Part shown: in pieces, positions 60,499 to 64,000 of the stretch
How the letters are laid out: each line of letters opens with the position of its first letter
Position numbering within the stretch: the stretch's first letter is position 1
Assembly: GCA_035697325.1 (NCBI GenBank)
Contig: DASSDB010000002.1
Coordinates: 91,232-155,231, forward strand
Source: Candidatus Saccharimonadales bacterium
GTDB taxonomy: Bacteria > Patescibacteriota > Saccharimonadia > Saccharimonadales > Saccharimonadaceae
Direction: 5' to 3'
DNA: 64,000 bases
Notes under the pieces: model-generated
Told to the model about the DNA's origin: nothing
Seen by the model: the letters and a program-made list of their open reading frames with translations, nothing else
Database searches by the model: none
Position numbers and translations under genes: made by a program

Positions 60499-61128
60499 AT
60501 GACACCGACATTGTTTACACGACACAGAATACTCATTATCAGCCTTCTGGTTATAGCTGTCATCGTCATACCTGTTTTCTACTTTGTTTACACATCGATC
60601 GAGAGGGCTGGAAAAACCCAAGTGACGCTTATCGCGCTTCCGGAAGACGCTTCACTTACTATCGATGGCAAACCGACAGGTCCAGGAACGCTCTACCTTA
60701 AGCCCGGCTCTTATACCATCAAAGGCGAGAAGAATGGTTTTACAACCTACGAGCACAGAGAAGTCATCGAAAACGATAACCGAACGATCACCGTAGTCCT
60801 CAACCCTGTTTCAGATGAAGCAAAAAAATGGACACAGCAGAATCAGACCAAATACCTTGAAATAGAAGGAAAAGCCGGCTTAGCCGCCAACCAAGAGGGC
60901 GAGGCATTCCGCAAGGAAAACCCTATTGTGAACGACCTCCCTTACAGTAATTATTTATATACGATTGGATACCAAAACGATAATTCAGACCCTTCCGGAA
61001 ATTCCATTATCGTCACAATTGACGCCCCAAGCGGCTATCGAAATGCCGCCGTACGACAGATACGCGCACTTGGCTATGACCCCGCCACATTAAAAATAGA
61101 ATTTAGAAACTACGAAAGCCCATTCTAA
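60499..61128 (+). CDS. PEGA-domain membrane-anchored protein
   Basis: ATG after GGAGGAA. TM helix ILIISLLVIAVIVIPVFYFVY. PEGA-like LPEDASLTIDGKPTGPGTLYLKPGSYTIKGEKNGFTTYEHREV. Confidence 0.7.
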   Translation: MTPTLFTRHRILIISLLVIAVIVIPVFYFVYTSIERAGKTQVTLIALPEDASLTIDGKPTGPGTLYLKPGSYTIKGEKNGFTTYEHREVIENDNRTITVVLNPVSDEAKKWTQQNQTKYLEIEGKAGLAANQEGEAFRKENPIVNDLPYSNYLYTIGYQNDNSDPSGNSIIVTIDAPSGYRNAAVRQIRALGYDPATLKIEFRNYESPF

Positions 61129-61129
61129 T

Positions 61130-61759
61130 ATGAACAAAAGAATTATCATCACAATAGTAATCGTCGTGGCACTTCTTATTGCTGCTGCCAGTGTCACTTT
61201 TTATCTGCTTTCTTTTCGAAACGTGACCTTCACATTCAAAAAAACGGACCTTACGGCGAATATTTATCGTTCGGACGATACGGATAAAAAAAATAAGCTC
61301 GCCGATGTAAAAAATAATGAAACCATACGGCTCCAAGAAGGTAATTACGCAGCCTTCGCTTCGGGCGATAATTACGACCGAGCAGCGGTTTACTTTTCCG
61401 TTAACAAGGGAGATGCAACCGTCACTATTGACCCGAGCTATTCGGATACGTATCTGAAACGCGCACTTACGGGAGAACTGCCGGCCATAAAGGCCGCACT
61501 CATCAAAGCATTTCCTTTTGTTGCGACATCATTCGATATAAATGATGGCAAGCTCTACAAGGAAGGGGAGTGGTATGCCACAGCCCTCACGCAACGTCCT
61601 GCCGACCCACGCGACGAAGGCGACGTTTACTACACAATACTAAAAAAAGAAAACGATACGTGGACAGTCATCGGAAAGCCTAGCCTTGTGCTTACAACTG
61701 TCGACTTCAAAGATGTCCCTGCCGACATCATCAAGGACGCCAATCATATTGGTGAATAG
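61130..61759 (+). CDS. Bitopic membrane protein, unknown function
   Basis: N-terminal TM helix IIITIVIVVALLIAAASVTFYLL plus a roughly 180-aa external domain. Last gene of the plus-strand block. Confidence 0.65.
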   Translation: MNKRIIITIVIVVALLIAAASVTFYLLSFRNVTFTFKKTDLTANIYRSDDTDKKNKLADVKNNETIRLQEGNYAAFASGDNYDRAAVYFSVNKGDATVTIDPSYSDTYLKRALTGELPAIKAALIKAFPFVATSFDINDGKLYKEGEWYATALTQRPADPRDEGDVYYTILKKENDTWTVIGKPSLVLTTVDFKDVPADIIKDANHIGE

Positions 61760-61760
61760 C

Positions 61761-62804
61761 CTACTCTAATTTGGTAATAATACTCGCAGGAATACGGCTG
61801 CCACTCGTGGCGGAGGTAATGATAATTTGATGAGATTTCGTGAGCGTAGTTAGCTGTTTTTGGCGCTCTTCGTCAAGCTCGCTAAAAACATCATCAAGAA
61901 GTACGACTGGCTTTTCGCTTGTTACCTGCTCGATAATATCGATTTCGAGAAACTTAAGTGCCAGCACGATACTCCGCACCTCACCTCGTGAGGCCACCGA
62001 AAGAGCAGGGGAACCATTAAATTCAAAGAGAACATCATGACGATGCGGTCCAACTGACGTGAATCCCAGCACAAGATCCTTCTGAGTTGCATGGTGAAGC
62101 TCGCTCAGTAACTTCTGCTGAATTGAATCACCTGCTGAAAATGAATAGCGCATCGAGACCGTATCCGGCTTGTGTGCAATTGCATGATAGGTTTCATTCA
62201 AACGCTCGTTGAGTTGTTCAATAAAATGGATTCTTTTTTCAATAATCGTTGCGCCATATTCGCTCAAGGTAAGGTTCCATGCAAAAAAATCATCGCTTGA
62301 TGCCTGCTTTTTAAGAAGAGCGTTGCGCTGCCTTAAAGAGCGCTCGTAGCGGCGCAGTACTGATGCGTAAGAAACATCGATTTGTGATATGAACTGGTCT
62401 ATAAAGCGTCGCCGTCGCTCTGGCGAACCATTGAGCAAACGAAGATCATCGGGCTCAAATAAAACAACCGGGTAACGGAGTGCGGGCGGAAGACGATACT
62501 GATTTTTGTCATTAATATTGAATTGCTTTCGCCCAGTCTGTTTTCGGCTATCAAATTTAACCGTGCGCACGGTACCATCATCAAACCCCACATCGATTCG
62601 ATACCACTCCTTAGTACGCTCGACGATATCTTTATCCGATCCCTTAAATGAAGAGCCTTGAAGCGCCACATAAAGCGCCTCAAGAAGTGAAGTCTTGCCG
62701 CTTCCATTCGCTCCAGTAATGACGGTAACGTCCGGGGCAAGCTTCAATGTGAAATCGGGGTGGGCCCTTACGTGCCGAACATGCAATGATTGGATCCGGG
62801 GCAT
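61761..62804 (-). CDS. recF: DNA replication and repair protein RecF
   Basis: ITGANGSGKTSLLEALY Walker A; C-terminal VVLLDDVFSELDEERQ. Confidence 0.93.
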   Translation of the reverse strand: MPRIQSLHVRHVRAHPDFTLKLAPDVTVITGANGSGKTSLLEALYVALQGSSFKGSDKDIVERTKEWYRIDVGFDDGTVRTVKFDSRKQTGRKQFNINDKNQYRLPPALRYPVVLFEPDDLRLLNGSPERRRRFIDQFISQIDVSYASVLRRYERSLRQRNALLKKQASSDDFFAWNLTLSEYGATIIEKRIHFIEQLNERLNETYHAIAHKPDTVSMRYSFSAGDSIQQKLLSELHHATQKDLVLGFTSVGPHRHDVLFEFNGSPALSVASRGEVRSIVLALKFLEIDIIEQVTSEKPVVLLDDVFSELDEERQKQLTTLTKSHQIIITSATSGSRIPASIITKLE

Positions 62805-62805
62805 T

Positions 62806-63909
62806 CTAGCTCTTCAGCGGCATAATAATATGCCTATAGTTCACATTATCGCCCTTGGCGGCTAACACGCATGCCGCAAGCTTACCACTAAAGCGGAAGG
62901 TAACTACGTCACCCTCAATCACAGCAAGCGCATCGCTAAGGTAGCGCGAATTAAGCGTTACTTGGCCATCATCAGAAATCTCGGCATCTGCGCTTGATGT
63001 ATTCTCACCCAATTCAGATGCTATAGAGTGAATAGACAGCTGTTGGTTTTCCTTATCGGCCGTCAGCGTCACACTTCCACCGGATTCACGTGCAAATAGT
63101 CCGGCAATTTTTGTTACTCGTACGAATTCACTCGCGTTCAGTGTTGTATTCGTATCCGATTTTTCAGGGATAAGCTGGCGATAATCCGGATAGTTTCCGT
63201 CGATCAATCGGCTGGTTACCTCGCTTTCGCCAACACGGAATCGCACCTGTGTCTCATCAAACAGGATATCCACTTCCGAGACATCATCGGTCAGTGTTCG
63301 AAGTACCTCTTGGAGCGTCGTTGTTGGAATAATCGCCGCCACCTCGCTGGTCGTCTCAACCAACCTTCGCTCCGCAAGACGATATCCGTCCGTAGCCGCC
63401 AGATACAGACTTCCCTCAAAAGAGTGCCAATACACGCCCGTAAGCACTGGGCGCGTGCTATCATTGCTTGCTGTAATAATAGTTTGAGAAACTGCCTGCT
63501 TGAAATCTGTGGTACTGATGCTGTATTGAATCGAAGACGTCTCGTCGATTGTAGGGAGCTCGGGAAATTCGTCTGCCACCACACCGTTGATAACGGATTT
63601 GAAACTTCCTGATGAAATATGGAGGTGGCTATCATCGGTTACTTTTAATTCGACTGTACCTTTAGGAAGGCTCGACACAAACTCACTCACTAAGCGGGCG
63701 GGGATGGTAATTGCTCCTGGAGTCGCTATTTTAGCGCCGATATGCTGAGTAGAAGCAACTTCAAGGTTTGTCGCTGCTATGAGTAACCGGTTGCTATCTG
63801 TTCTTAGTAAGATGTTACTGAGTATGGGGAGTCCTGTCTTACTGCTTGCTACTCGTCCCACGTTACTGAGTGCTTTGGCGAGATTTTCTTGGGTAACGGT
63901 GAGTTCCAT
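62806..63909 (-). CDS. dnaN: DNA polymerase III beta sliding clamp
   Basis: MELTVTQENLAKALSNVGRVASSKTGLPILSNILL..., three-domain length (367 aa), directly upstream of recF. Confidence 0.95.
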   Translation of the reverse strand: MELTVTQENLAKALSNVGRVASSKTGLPILSNILLRTDSNRLLIAATNLEVASTQHIGAKIATPGAITIPARLVSEFVSSLPKGTVELKVTDDSHLHISSGSFKSVINGVVADEFPELPTIDETSSIQYSISTTDFKQAVSQTIITASNDSTRPVLTGVYWHSFEGSLYLAATDGYRLAERRLVETTSEVAAIIPTTTLQEVLRTLTDDVSEVDILFDETQVRFRVGESEVTSRLIDGNYPDYRQLIPEKSDTNTTLNASEFVRVTKIAGLFARESGGSVTLTADKENQQLSIHSIASELGENTSSADAEISDDGQVTLNSRYLSDALAVIEGDVVTFRFSGKLAACVLAAKGDNVNYRHIIMPLKS

Positions 63910-64000
63910 TATTATATACTGCCTTTCTTTCTTTTTCCTTTGGTAAAGGTAATAGTAGGTGCTGTGGAAACTGGGTAAAAATAGTGTTCACCCAGAGGTA

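Noticed and set aside
63910-64000. Possible DnaA box (CTGTGGAAAC, about 63962-63971) upstream of dnaN
   Set aside because: There is only one weak match (7/9 to TGTGGATAA) in 90 bp, and the dnaA-dnaN spacer is truncated by the window edge. This is not enough to call an origin.
1-64000. Alternative genetic code (UGA recoding as in some reduced-genome lineages)
   Set aside because: TGA terminates the ABC ATPase (17171-73, overlapping the next ATG) and the 850-aa protein at sensible lengths. Conserved genes such as pyrG, nrdA, valS and groEL contain no in-frame TGA. The standard code fits.
1-64000. CRISPR arrays, IS elements, rRNA genes
   Set aside because: I found no regularly spaced direct repeats, no transposase- or integrase-like ORFs and no rRNA-like conserved segments on either strand.

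Overview
64-kb chromosomal window from a small-genome bacterium with a Gram-positive-type envelope. The gene content (two FemAB paralogs, MurE, a PrgI/VirB4/VirB6-type secretion locus with two-TM pilin-like proteins, little biosynthesis) is compatible with a Patescibacteria/Saccharibacteria-like organism. That placement is inference from the sequence, not a database hit. The standard genetic code applies: TAA, TAG and TGA all terminate recognisable genes at normal lengths.

Left 39 kb: housekeeping genes, mostly on the minus strand. These are argS (partial), pyrG, zwf, mntH, nrdB-nrdA, groES-groEL with a CIRCE operator, murE, tsaC, tsaD, valS, rlmH, a HIT protein, an ABC exporter, four tRNA-Ser isoacceptors and one tRNA-Arg. 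They are interrupted by at least eight short GC-rich ORFan cassettes. Hand counts on single 60-nt lines gave 58-70% GC inside the cassettes and about 35-55% in neighbouring genes. Most cassettes carry their own Shine-Dalgarno site and hairpin.

Right 22 kb (39.8-61.8 kb): a type IV secretion-like locus containing
- seven divergent VirB2/TrbC-like pilin paralogs, six of them in tandem;
- two paralogous VirB6/TrbL-like modules, one interrupted by an in-frame TAG;
- a PrgI/VirB3-like protein and a VirB4 ATPase encoded as two ORFs;
- an 850-aa polytopic protein, a two-domain peptidoglycan hydrolase, and PEGA and bitopic membrane proteins.

No relaxase, coupling protein, VirB11 or integrase is visible. 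The locus ends directly at recF-dnaN, so it is probably origin-proximal.

Other signals:
- a conserved tandem NrdR-box-like module upstream of both nrdA and pyrG, with single copies elsewhere;
- small unlisted ORFs at 8161-8340 and 12276-12449;
- a repeated TTCACGTGAA palindrome in the valS leader;
- several apparently leaderless promoters.

No rRNA, CRISPR array, IS element or prophage was seen.
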